This document shows, one piece after another, positions 12,132 through 19,461 of a stretch of DNA of 40,000 bases; positions within the stretch are counted from its first letter, which is position 1; each line of letters opens with the position of its first letter. Both the position numbers and the translations under genes were made by a program. The DNA is taken from the NCBI RefSeq assembly GCF_050472005.1, contig NZ_JBGOGS010000001.1, positions 1,279,935-1,319,934 of the forward strand, written 5' to 3'. This DNA comes from Symbiopectobacterium sp. RP (GTDB lineage: Bacteria; Pseudomonadota; Gammaproteobacteria; Enterobacterales; Enterobacteriaceae). The notes beneath the pieces were generated by a model that did not search any database, was not told the origin of the DNA, and saw only the letters and a list, made by a program, of their open reading frames with translations.

Positions 12132-12594
12132 GTAAAAGCTCCTGAATTCGGGAAAGCCGCTTGCCGCGATCTCCCTTATCAGGTGTCACGTCTTCAACCT
12201 GCGACTGTTCTTTGAGGCCCAGGTCTCGGGCAATGATGTTTGCGTTGAGCAGGTCAGCAGCAGCGCCAGAGAATTTCTGGTCGTAGATGACTTTCTCCGC
12301 TCGCGTAGTGAGCACCATAAAATCTTCACGAGCGCGATATAGTTGCCACGTGCTTTCGGCAATATCCAGGAACAGGCATAGACCCGTTAATGTCATTGCT
12401 CGCATCTTTGCAATGGGTTCCTGCGTCACTTCCCCTTGATACGGGAAGGCCTTCATTTCCCACAATGGGTGCTCTTCTACCCACTCGAAGTATTCACAGC
12501 AGGCTGACCATAGCGCCTCGGGCGAATCGAACTTGGGGTTGCGCCCATGACTGCTACGAGCCTCCCAGAATCGGTTACCCTTTGGCGCTGCCAT
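12109..12594 (-). CDS. Terminase small subunit, P22 gp3 homolog (161 aa)
   Basis: From ATG 12594 (GAGGAA 7 nt upstream) the product starts [22 protein letters not shown], matching P22 gp3 as recalled. C-terminal region [39 protein letters not shown] matches too. Confidence 0.92.
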   Translation of the reverse strand: MAAPKGNRFWEARSSHGRNPKFDSPEALWSACCEYFEWVEEHPLWEMKAFPYQGEVTQEPIAKMRAMTLTGLCLFLDIAESTWQLYRAREDFMVLTTRAEKVIYDQKFSGAAADLLNANIIARDLGLKEQSQVEDVTPDKGDRGKRLSRIQELLRGKRSDD

Positions 12595-12604
12595 AATCAT
12601 TTCC

Positions 12605-12838
12605 TCATCCAAATAGTGTCAGCGCTTCTTTTGCCTCGCGGATAGCTTTTTCAGTGCGAGCAAGCGGGGTTTGTTCGGCGGCTGCGAGTGTGTACTGGTC
12701 TTTGAACAGCTCGTAATTCAGCTTAACGCCAGCAACAAATTCAATGGCCTTTTCTGCCGCTGCTGTGTCAGATTGAACCAATCGCAGCAGTTCAAGATTC
12801 ATTTGCTGAACGTCTGTTAATTCGGTGATTGCGGTCAT
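12605..12838 (-). CDS. Hypothetical protein (77 aa)
   Basis: ORF with GAGGA 9 nt upstream of the ATG, immediately upstream of terS. Helical, no recognised family. Confidence 0.5.
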   Translation of the reverse strand: MTAITELTDVQQMNLELLRLVQSDTAAAEKAIEFVAGVKLNYELFKDQYTLAAAEQTPLARTEKAIREAKEALTLFG

Positions 12839-12865
12839 TTAGAATAATCCTCTGAAAATGGTTAT

Positions 12866-13291
12866 CTATCCCATGAGCCATACTGCGTTCATGCTGAAAT
12901 ATCGAACACTCAGCGTCAGTTCTTTAAGCTGGTTAATATTCATGAGTGCCAAATTTGGCTGAGATTCTTTGTCAACCAGATCAAGTAACCAGCGGCGTAA
13001 TGCTTTGGCTATCTTGGTATCCGCCAGCATACCCAGCAGATGGCCTCCCCGCGGAGAAAACACACGCACACGATTGTATTGTATCTCTTTGTTTTTATTA
13101 CGAGAGGTCACACTGACCACCCGGCTCATTTCGTCTGTAAATTCATTTTTATTGCGGTTATACAAGCGATTTACTGATTTCTCATCAGCGTATTCGAGCA
13201 ATTCAGCCATATGTGCACTGGTAAACCAGATTTTCCCGTCACCGTTATCAAACGGCAAAATCGAATGTTTTTTAAACGTTAATGCTTTCAT
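12866..13291 (-). CDS. Bro-N-like domain protein, putative antirepressor family (141 aa)
   Basis: ATG 13291 with AAGGA upstream. Pattern F....ILPF..GDGKIWFTSAHMAELL.Y ... VRVFSPRGGHLLGML..TKIAKALRRWLLDLV resembles Bro-N domains. Confidence 0.55.
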   Translation of the reverse strand: MKALTFKKHSILPFDNGDGKIWFTSAHMAELLEYADEKSVNRLYNRNKNEFTDEMSRVVSVTSRNKNKEIQYNRVRVFSPRGGHLLGMLADTKIAKALRRWLLDLVDKESQPNLALMNINQLKELTLSVRYFSMNAVWLMG

Positions 13292-13616
13292 TGTGTATTC
13301 CTTTTGGAAATGACCCTCAGCGCCCAGAAATGACAGCCCATAGAAGCTCACCAGCTATACTGGCATTCCTCTGAGAATCATTTCCAAACAGGATCTATGG
13401 TGGGTTATCGCCGGGCTTGGCGGATTTGTGGACTTTCTTGCTGCTTGCTTTTCTACTGCGACTTGACGTTTTTACCTTCTGTGGTGCGAGCCTGTTCGCG
13501 TAGACATGGGCAGCCGAGAGCGGAACGAGGTGATCCACCGCCCTGCCTCAGACTCACACTACGGAAAGCTCTCTAGTGAAGTGTACGCGAATGCACGGTT
13601 TGATTTACTACAGGCG

Positions 13617-13643
13617 AAAAAAAGCCCCACGAGATACGAGGCT
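13617..13643 (-). terminator. Rho-independent terminator after the Ant N-domain gene
   Basis: Minus strand reads AGCCTC-GTATCTCGT-GGGGCT followed by T7. The 5' arm overlaps the TAA stop at 13643-13645. Confidence 0.55.
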
Positions 13644-13894
13644 TATCGATTTTTGGTTTGAAGCCAGCCGTTTAATTTGCGCAGAGCCAGACAAAGCATC
13701 TTCTGTGGGCCACCTTGGGTAGGGATCATGATTTCCATGACCCCCTTGGCAAAGCGAGATTTCAACTTACCCGCCTGACCCTGGTATGCCAACCCCATAC
13801 CCTCAATGATTGGGCGCATCGGGGTATAGGGTTCATCGTTACAGTTAACGACATACAGGGCATTTCCATGAAACGGAACGGTGATTGTTTGCAT
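13643..13894 (-). CDS. Stand-alone P22-Ant N-terminal domain protein (83 aa)
   Basis: VPFHGNALYVV...PMRPIIEGMGLAYQGQAGKL..RF......I....GG.QKMLCLALRKLNGWL resembles the N-terminal domain of P22 Ant-type antirepressors. The protein ends right after this domain. Confidence 0.65.
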   Translation of the reverse strand: MQTITVPFHGNALYVVNCNDEPYTPMRPIIEGMGLAYQGQAGKLKSRFAKGVMEIMIPTQGGPQKMLCLALRKLNGWLQTKNR

Positions 13895-13916
13895 AGTGCT
13901 TATCCTTACTTAGGTA

Positions 13917-13990
13917 ATGAACCTTTGGCGCATAGGAAATCAGCCCGTCGAAGGCAGCACTAGCCAGCTGCTTCCTCAAAGGCTCATTCC
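13917..13990 (-). promoter_or_regulatory. Conserved 5' leader element, copy A (upstream of the Ant N-domain gene)
   Basis: 74 nt sharing conserved blocks with 14837-14913. Outer arms (sense) AATGAGCCTTTG and CAAAGGTTCATT are complementary with one G-U. Confidence 0.4.
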
Positions 13991-14032
13991 TAAACAAGAT
14001 CCGACGTGTGATGGGTGCATGCACTGCACCGA

Positions 14033-14057
14033 TGAAAAGGCCCGGATTAACCGGGCC
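14033..14057 (-). terminator. Rho-independent terminator after the KilA-N gene
   Basis: Minus strand reads GGCCCGG-TTAAT-CCGGGCC followed by TTTTC, 30 nt after the stop at 14087. Confidence 0.6.
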
Positions 14058-14086
14058 TCAAGGTTTCTCTTTCGCTTTTTGTCATA

Positions 14087-14815
14087 CTAAGCCGCCAGTC
14101 GGTGTTGTTCTTCAATCAGCGGTTGGCGATGGTTTTTGTTGAATATTCCCATCAGCGTGGCTTTGCGTTGCTCGAAGTCCCATTCCATGCCAATGAATAC
14201 CGTATTAGCGCGTTGCAGTTCGGTAATGCAGTGGATCTGCTCTGGCGTCAGATAGTCACGGAGAGATTCTTTCTTACCTATTTCATGGTGGACTCGAAAT
14301 TTTGCGGATGTCATACCCAGTGCAATGCGGTTAATCAGGTCAGCTTCGTTGCTGAAGTGATGAGGGGCAATGTTTTTCCCCTGTGCCTCACGCTCGTGCT
14401 TGATGGCATCGGTCAATGGGCGGTACTCAAGCCGGGCCATATCACGATACGAAATACGTATCTGCTCTTTGGCAACGGCTGCATCAAACGTGCGTATAAC
14501 ATGAAGGTGGAATTTGGGGCTAATCCACATAGCATAGGCGTAAACTAATTCTTTACACACGTAAGTCCCACCGTTTCGCCCCTCAATAGTGAAAAAGGCT
14601 AAACTACGGAGTTTTCCCGTAGTTTCATTTTCTATCTCTCTTATCAACCCCTTAGTATCTGGTCGGCGCATGAATTCATGTATTTCAAATGTTCTTTCTG
14701 AGCGCTTTTGCCCCTCTGATTTTTTAGCCGCTTTCTGTAAATCATTCAGACGAAAATAACCTGATTGATCAGTTTTGATCACAACGCCGCTTATGATTAT
14801 CGATAATTTATTCAT
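14087..14815 (-). CDS. KilA-N domain protein (242 aa)
   Basis: N-terminal pattern GYFRLNDLQKAA... GGTYVCKELVYAYAMWISPKFHLHVIRTFD is typical of KilA-N DNA-binding domains. C-terminal half not recognised. Confidence 0.75.
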   Translation of the reverse strand: MNKLSIIISGVVIKTDQSGYFRLNDLQKAAKKSEGQKRSERTFEIHEFMRRPDTKGLIREIENETTGKLRSLAFFTIEGRNGGTYVCKELVYAYAMWISPKFHLHVIRTFDAAVAKEQIRISYRDMARLEYRPLTDAIKHEREAQGKNIAPHHFSNEADLINRIALGMTSAKFRVHHEIGKKESLRDYLTPEQIHCITELQRANTVFIGMEWDFEQRKATLMGIFNKNHRQPLIEEQHRLAA

Positions 14816-14836
14816 AGCGTTTACCTTTTCTATGAA

Positions 14837-14913
14837 ATGAACCTTTGCCGAAATAGAACGTCAGCCCACCGAAGGCTCGCCAGCACAAACTGACGCCCTC
14901 AAAGGCTCATTCC
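14837..14913 (-). promoter_or_regulatory. Conserved 5' leader element, copy B (upstream of the KilA-N gene)
   Basis: 77 nt with the same outer arms and central GCCC..CGAAGGC block as copy A. Its interior diverges and contains its own CGTCAG/CTGACG helix. Confidence 0.4.
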
Positions 14914-14973
14914 ATAGGTTCAGGTTCGGTGTTTTTAGATGCGCTTTCGGTGCGCGGGGATATTGCAAGACAC

Positions 14974-14998
14974 AAAAAAAGCCCGGATTAACCGAGCC
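14974..14998 (-). terminator. Rho-independent terminator after the lysis cassette
   Basis: Minus strand reads GCTCGG-TTAAT-CCGGGC (one G-U pair) followed by T7, about 50 nt after the Rz1 stop. Confidence 0.65.
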
Positions 14999-15046
14999 TC
15001 ATTGTTTGGTTTCACAGCCTTGCCACTTCTTCACAGAGTTGCACAG

Positions 15047-15310
15047 CTACCTGGCAGGTAAATGCTTCCGGGATCCTTCGATTTCCCGAATGCTTCGCTT
15101 GTCGGCGTTACACTTCTCAATAACGGTCAGCAATTCTTCATTCAGCGCTACGCTCTGGCCGTATGTCATTTGATGAGCGATTTCAGGCGCTGGGCAGTCC
15201 TGTAGAAGTTCAGCGGGGATCGGTACGACGGGTGCCGTTACGTATTCTGTCCGCGTGCTCTCGCAGCTTGCTAACGACATCATCAGGAACAGGCCGAACA
15301 GCACACTCAT
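15047..15310 (-). CDS. o-spanin (Rz1-like outer-membrane lipoprotein, 87 aa)
   Basis: From ATG 15310 the product starts MSVLFGLFLMMSLASC with an LASC lipobox. It starts inside the Rz frame and extends past the Rz stop (overlapped architecture). Confidence 0.7.
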   Translation of the reverse strand: MSVLFGLFLMMSLASCESTRTEYVTAPVVPIPAELLQDCPAPEIAHQMTYGQSVALNEELLTVIEKCNADKRSIREIEGSRKHLPAR

Positions 15311-15578
15311 CAGTCGATAACTTTTCACGGATGTCAACCCCGGTATTTTCCGACCGCTGCTGTATCTGCTGTTTTTCATCGTGATTGGCCTGTGTGATGG
15401 CGGTGAAGATGCGCATCGACTGGATCACATTTCCAGCGATGGTTTCGGCCTGCTTTTGTTGCCGCTCTGCTGCTTCGAGGTCTTTCGCTTTATCACTGTA
15501 TGCGTCGTGGTAGTAGTAGACGCCAAATGACAGTGTAGCCAGCAGAGCAACGAGAGCGGCGTAGAAATATAGCCTCAT
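15210..15578 (-). CDS. i-spanin (Rz-like, 122 aa)
   Basis: ATG 15578 overlaps the endolysin stop (ATGA). N-terminal TM segment LYFYAALVALLATLSFGVYYY followed by a charged helical periplasmic domain. Confidence 0.75.
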   Translation of the reverse strand: MRLYFYAALVALLATLSFGVYYYHDAYSDKAKDLEAAERQQKQAETIAGNVIQSMRIFTAITQANHDEKQQIQQRSENTGVDIREKLSTDECAVRPVPDDVVSKLREHADRIRNGTRRTDPR

Positions 15579-16105
15579 GCGCCCAGCCCCCAGCACGATA
15601 ATTCCGCCTCCTGGTCACGCCGCGCTATCTGCCCGTAACAGTTATTGGCGCGGATACGGCAATCTTTGCCTCCGTCCCAAATCCAGCGCTTAATCTCTTT
15701 GCAGGCACCAATGAGATCGCCGGCATTCAATTTGCGGTAGAACGTTGAGGTGAAGCAGTTACCGGGACCGATATTCCACGGACAAAATGAGGCAATGCCG
15801 ACTTTCTGAGTCTCAGTGAGCGGCACTTTAACGTTGCGATCCACCCAATCGAGCGCCTTTTGCTGTTCTGCGGCATCAATCTTTGCGCACTGCCCGGCGG
15901 TCAGCTTCATGCCCTTCACTACCGGCTTGCCATCTACCCGTGTCACGCCACCGCAAATCGTCCAGATGCCGCCGCCGTCAGGATAAGCGTTTATACGCAT
16001 CCCCTCTTTTTCAGTCTGGAATTGCGCCATCATCACGGGAGCAGTCGCGCCAGCAGCGATGAGCGCCAGCATTACCGCACTGAGTTTGCTTGCTTTTGAC
16101 ATCAT
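15575..16105 (-). CDS. SAR endolysin, T4-lysozyme (GH24) type (176 aa)
   Basis: Weakly hydrophobic N-terminal signal-anchor KLSAVMLALIAAGATAPVMMAQF. Catalytic spacing E-x8-D-x5-T in EGMRINAYPDGGGIWT. Confidence 0.88.
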   Translation of the reverse strand: MMSKASKLSAVMLALIAAGATAPVMMAQFQTEKEGMRINAYPDGGGIWTICGGVTRVDGKPVVKGMKLTAGQCAKIDAAEQQKALDWVDRNVKVPLTETQKVGIASFCPWNIGPGNCFTSTFYRKLNAGDLIGACKEIKRWIWDGGKDCRIRANNCYGQIARRDQEAELSCWGLGA

Positions 16106-16356
16106 GCACCGCCTTTTTCCCTCAGCTGATACTCCTTCCTGCGGTAGTACCAGTTGATTACAAAAGTGCCGATAGTGCAGACCATACCGACGATGATCGC
16201 CCAGTCACCGAGCGTTAACCCGGCCATTTTGTCTGCAAGCAACCATACGCTCTCTGTAGTTGATGCGGCGTAGGCTCTGGCAGACGCGCCAAGGCCCATT
16301 AAGCCCGTCCCGCTTCCGTATGAAAGCCTGCTGTAGAGAGTGCTCATTCGTGTCAT
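16102..16356 (-). CDS. Putative holin (84 aa)
   Basis: ATG 16356 preceded by GGTGAGG. Hydrophobic segments, basic C-terminus (YYRRKEYQLREKGGA), and a stop overlapping the endolysin start (ATGA). Confidence 0.7.
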   Translation of the reverse strand: MTRMSTLYSRLSYGSGTGLMGLGASARAYAASTTESVWLLADKMAGLTLGDWAIIVGMVCTIGTFVINWYYRRKEYQLREKGGA

Positions 16357-16398
16357 AGCCTCACCCGCTAAGTGGGCGCTGTGTGATTTACAGGAAAC

Positions 16399-16423
16399 AA
16401 AAAGGCCGAGCAATAGCTCAGCC
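16399..16423 (-). terminator. Rho-independent terminator just upstream of the holin gene (tR'-like)
   Basis: Minus strand reads GGCTGAGC-TATT-GCTCGGCC followed by T5. Confidence 0.6.
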
Positions 16424-16515
16424 TTAGGATATTTATTAAACAAGAATTATGATTAAGTCGTGTTACTGTGGAGTGCTGCACCAAACTGCCGAGTCATAAC
16501 GAGAAGGACACCGCA

Positions 16516-16740
16516 ATGAACAATAAACCAACAGCCCGCCAACTTGCGTTTGAATATCTTCGCAGACTGTCCGAGGAGCTAAGCCCTACCGATTACCTGA
16601 AGAGATTTGAACAGCTGGAATCAGAATTCAGCGCATTACTTCACTCATCAGGCTCCAATGATAAAACAACAGGGCTTTGCGATTTTCTGTCGCGCTTCTG
16701 TACAAAATGCAAAATCGATAGCCAGAGTAGAAACCGCTAG
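16516..16740 (+). CDS. Hypothetical protein (74 aa), antisense to the late operon
   Basis: ATG 16516 with GAGAAGGA upstream. Product MNNKPTARQLAFEYLRRLSEEL... is followed by the hairpin at 16751-16768. Family not recognised. Confidence 0.45.
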   Translation: MNNKPTARQLAFEYLRRLSEELSPTDYLKRFEQLESEFSALLHSSGSNDKTTGLCDFLSRFCTKCKIDSQSRNR

Positions 16741-16750
16741 AAAGCGAAAA

Positions 16751-16768
16751 CCCCGGCATTAACCGGGG
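16751..16768. terminator. GC hairpin, possibly a bidirectional terminator
   Basis: CCCCGG-CATTAA-CCGGGG with an A-run before and TTTTCGCTTTC after on the minus strand. On the plus strand it lies 10 nt after the 74-aa ORF stop. Confidence 0.45.
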
Positions 16769-16864
16769 CCTTATCGCACATCTAAGCCAAACTGATATGG
16801 AGGGAACAACAAGCGAGATGTGCGACCCGATGATTTTATTCAGCAATCAGTCGCTGTCAATAGC

Positions 16865-16891
16865 AAAAAGCCCCAGCTGTCAGGCTGGGGC
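16865..16891 (-). terminator. Rho-independent terminator after the Bro-N gene
   Basis: Minus strand reads GCCCCAGC-CTGACA-GCTGGGGC followed by TTTTTGCT. Confidence 0.7.
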
Positions 16892-16964
16892 CTGAATTCG
16901 ATAAGTATCATGACGTAGTAGTCACTCTTACCATGATATTGCGTTTTTTACGATCGTAAAGACC

Positions 16965-17747
16965 TTATTGGCGATAAAGTAAATCTTTTACACCGGACTC
17001 ACATAACTTATCCAGCGCGAGCATTCCGTCGCGTTCATTATCCTGAAATTCCAGCATTTGGCCTGTCATCTTTTCGACCATCGACTCCATGTTGCCACGC
17101 CGCCTGACTACCGAGCGGATAACCTCTTTCTCGAAGTCGTAGACTACCGAGTTAAATCTCGAAGTAACTTTCAACAGCCTGCGACATTCTTCACCGAGAG
17201 CTGGCAAATCATTTACTGAGAAGGGTTCCGGTGATGGTCTACCGGTTACAGAGCGCAAGCAGTGCCATACACCCGCGTTCCACGCTCTCTCGAACTTCAT
17301 GCCATTGGTCATTAGCCAGACAAGGCGAGTAAGGTTGCTCATATCGTTAGGTGACAACGGTTCTACTGCTAGGTTTCTCTCGTAGCTACCAGTCTTACGG
17401 ATCGTTGGCAGGACTTCGTTTGTTACCCACTTACGGAAACGCCACGGTAAGGTTCCCTGCCTTACCGCATCCCGGCAGCGAAGAATAAGGGTGTATAGAC
17501 CAGATTCTGATATTACTGATATGTCCTGAATTCCTCCCGGGGTCTGCATTGAATGCAGATCCTTTTCATCATCGTCTAACTTGCGAATAGACGTGTTATC
17601 TAGTTCGACAGCCCTGCAAACATCAGATGCAACAAACCACAGATTTCCATCTTTCATAATGATTCTTATCTGATAATCTTCAAAAGTGAAATTAATATTT
17701 GCGTTTTTTGGCGTGCATTCAGTCACTGCCCTTGCTAAAATCGACAT
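16965..17747 (-). CDS. Bro-N domain antirepressor-like protein (260 aa)
   Basis: F.F....IRII..DGN.WFVASDVC.A..L.N...... T.GG.Q....ISESGLYTLILR.......... FRKWVTNEVLPTIRKTGSY is a classic Bro-N pattern. AAGGA SD 20 nt after the Arc-like stop. Confidence 0.8.
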   Translation of the reverse strand: MSILARAVTECTPKNANINFTFEDYQIRIIMKDGNLWFVASDVCRAVELDNTSIRKLDDDEKDLHSMQTPGGIQDISVISESGLYTLILRCRDAVRQGTLPWRFRKWVTNEVLPTIRKTGSYERNLAVEPLSPNDMSNLTRLVWLMTNGMKFERAWNAGVWHCLRSVTGRPSPEPFSVNDLPALGEECRRLLKVTSRFNSVVYDFEKEVIRSVVRRRGNMESMVEKMTGQMLEFQDNERDGMLALDKLCESGVKDLLYRQ

Positions 17748-17767
17748 GTCTTTTATCCTTGTGTGGA

Positions 17768-17959
17768 TTAGGGCAAATTAAGAGTCCTAGCTGTTAGCGC
17801 AGTTAGGACTTTACTATTTTTGTGGGCATGTTCCTTAAGAACTTGCACAATCTCTGAGTTCATAGATCTTCCATTTAAACAAGCTAATTTTCTGATCGTA
17901 TCCCGTAAGATTTCTGGCATACGGACATTTACTTGCGGTGGCCTGACTTCATTTTGCAT
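17768..17959 (-). CDS. Arc-like ribbon-helix-helix repressor (63 aa)
   Basis: PQVNVRMPEILRDTIRKLACLNGRSMNSEIVQVLKEH parallels P22 Arc PQFNLRWPREVLDLVRKVAEENGRSVNSEIYQRVMESF. Confidence 0.8.
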   Translation of the reverse strand: MQNEVRPPQVNVRMPEILRDTIRKLACLNGRSMNSEIVQVLKEHAHKNSKVLTALTARTLNLP

Positions 17960-17978
17960 GGTTCACCCTTTAAGGCAA

Positions 17979-18028
17979 TAGCCAATGGCTACCATTGTTA
18001 ATTTAGTAGCCAATGGCTATAGTGTCAA
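17979..18028. promoter_or_regulatory. Divergent promoter/operator region of the immI-like switch
   Basis: Two identical 13-bp palindromes TAGCCAATGGCTA (17979-17991, 18007-18019). Plus strand: TTGTTA-17-TATAGT. Minus strand: TTGACA-17-TAAATT. Both spacers contain the second palindrome. Confidence 0.6.
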
Positions 18029-18052
18029 CAAAATATTGACAGGAATTTTTCC

Positions 18053-18355
18053 ATGAAAAGAGAACCTACAATACACATCAGGCTTTCCTTGGAGTTGAAA
18101 GATCAGCTTCATTCTCTAGCAAAGGAGAACAAAAGATCGGTTAATGCCGAGGCTGTGGCAGCGATTGAAGCTGCTATTCACCGCGCCATAGAAAGAAAGG
18201 AACCTTGGAATTTAACAGAAAAAGAAGTCGATTTTTCACTAAAATATGAATTTAAGAGGCATGCCGAAAAACAAGAAAAAATGCACAAAGAAATGATGGA
18301 GAGGCTTACCGAGTTGGAGAAAAATTACAAATATCTGAAACCAGATGACCTTTAA
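18053..18355 (+). CDS. Mnt-like ribbon-helix-helix repressor with C-terminal coiled coil (100 aa)
   Basis: N-terminus PTIHIRLSLELKDQLHSLAKENKRSVNAEAVAAIEAAI fits the RHH pattern. Divergent from the Arc-like gene, as in P22 immI. Confidence 0.65.
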   Translation: MKREPTIHIRLSLELKDQLHSLAKENKRSVNAEAVAAIEAAIHRAIERKEPWNLTEKEVDFSLKYEFKRHAEKQEKMHKEMMERLTELEKNYKYLKPDDL

Positions 18356-18430
18356 GACCGCCAACGCAGCTATGTGTCTGTTGATATCCGGAGTTCCAAT
18401 CCCGACAACCGATTTTGCGGCTGCACAGGG

Positions 18431-18460
18431 AATATAGCCCCGGATATCGAGTGTCGTCAA
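18431..18460 (-). promoter_or_regulatory. Candidate late promoter PR' directly after Q
   Basis: Minus strand reads TTGACG (18460-18455, overlapping the Q stop) - 18 nt - TATATT (18436-18431). Confidence 0.5.
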
Positions 18461-18846
18461 GCTACGAACTCCCGCCTGACGTATTTGTCCATTTCTAAAT
18501 TGATATCTAACGCCATGAGATACCCGTCAATGACGCCCTCGGCGTTCTGTAGCTTCTTGCCTATGTACGTATCAGAGCAATGGTTCTCGTGAGCCAATTG
18601 CATAAATGTTTTGCCGAACACGTAATAATCAAACAACAGGTTATGGGTCACTGGATGTTTACTGCGTAACCCGGCCATAACGTTAGAAATAATGAGTCCA
18701 TCATCATCACAGCACTGAATGCGACTAAGAACCCTTGACGGAATAAGCCCGGAAAAACCCACAGCAACAGGAGGCCAGCAAACATCTTCTCGGTTATCTG
18801 CCGCCCATGCGCCCCAGCGCTCCATAACCTGTTGTATATCTCTCAT
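18457..18846 (-). CDS. Q: Late antiterminator Q, phage-82/QuuD type (129 aa)
   Basis: [21 protein letters not shown]......F.GLI.S.V.SR.QCCDDD..II... [26 protein letters not shown] matches the E. coli QuuD-type Q as recalled. Confidence 0.9.
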   Translation of the reverse strand: MRDIQQVMERWGAWAADNREDVCWPPVAVGFSGLIPSRVLSRIQCCDDDGLIISNVMAGLRSKHPVTHNLLFDYYVFGKTFMQLAHENHCSDTYIGKKLQNAEGVIDGYLMALDINLEMDKYVRREFVA

Positions 18847-19001
18847 TTCACCGCGCCCCAGTTTTTGCCGTTCCGGATGCTGTAGATATGCTGCTTGCTG
18901 GTATCAAATTTCCTCGCCACCTCCGCCACTGGCATACCGGAGGCCAACAGTGTCCGGATAAGCGGAATATCTTCCGCCGTCAGTTGCACACGCTGTCTCA
19001 T
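18843..19001 (-). CDS. Small HTH protein (52 aa) in the ninH slot
   Basis: Hand-translated: [56 protein letters not shown] overlaps at both ends couple it to the NinG-like gene and Q. Confidence 0.55.
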   Translation of the reverse strand: MRQRVQLTAEDIPLIRTLLASGMPVAEVARKFDTSKQHIYSIRNGKNWGAVK

Positions 19002-19459
19002 GCCGCTTCCCCCATCTGATAAGTAATGCCCTCCTGATACCAGGGTGGTAGCGTGAACTCGATTCGCCAGATATTTCCGCCGGCGCGTAATTCCCGCAGT
19101 CGCTTGAGCTCAGTTTTCATGTGCTGATAAATCTCATCCATCTGCCACGGCTTTAACCGCACCGGCACTGCCGCCAGATGCGCCACGCGGTCAATGAGCA
19201 TCTCCCCATAAGTGATGTTGGTGTGCATCGTGAACTCATACGGGTCTTCACCCAATTTACGGTGGCAGCCCGCGCAGTGTGCGAAGGCGTTGAAGGGATG
19301 GTAGCGGGTCGCTTTGTGTCGGCGGGACTTGAAGTGGGAGCAATGGAGATTACCGTGGTCGTGGTGAAAATAGTTACCGCAATAGTCGCACTGCCAGTTA
19401 GTTCTCTCGCGCACAAGCTCAGAAAATACCGCGTCGTGCTTATCGCGTTTTAGTGCCAT
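18998..19459 (-). CDS. Cys/His-rich nin-region protein, NinG/Rap-like (153 aa)
   Basis: From ATG 19459 (MALKRDKHD...). Pattern RER..W.C.YCG......H.SHF.SRRH..TR....N....C.GCH loosely parallels the NinG zinc-binding core. Nin-region position. Confidence 0.45.
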   Translation of the reverse strand: MALKRDKHDAVFSELVRERTNWQCDYCGNYFHHDHGNLHCSHFKSRRHKATRYHPFNAFAHCAGCHRKLGEDPYEFTMHTNITYGEMLIDRVAHLAAVPVRLKPWQMDEIYQHMKTELKRLRELRAGGNIWRIEFTLPPWYQEGITYQMGEAA

Positions 19460-19461
19460 AT

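Noticed and set aside
12350-12420. A P22-type pac site inside terS
   Set aside because: The corresponding protein segment ([14 protein letters not shown] versus P22 REDLSEVVTRAEQV as recalled) and its DNA differ from the P22 pac sequence. I cannot place a pac site from sequence alone.
13470-13500. Possible LexA box CTGTTCGCGTAGACAT upstream of the Bro-N-like gene
   Set aside because: It has a mismatch in the ACAG half and a GC-rich centre, unlike SOS boxes. No better CTGT-N8-ACAG site was seen near any antirepressor gene by eye. A PWM scan is still needed.
16628-16846. 72-aa minus-strand ORF
   Set aside because: It spans a terminator hairpin and overlaps the better-supported plus-strand 74-aa ORF. 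It has no SD.
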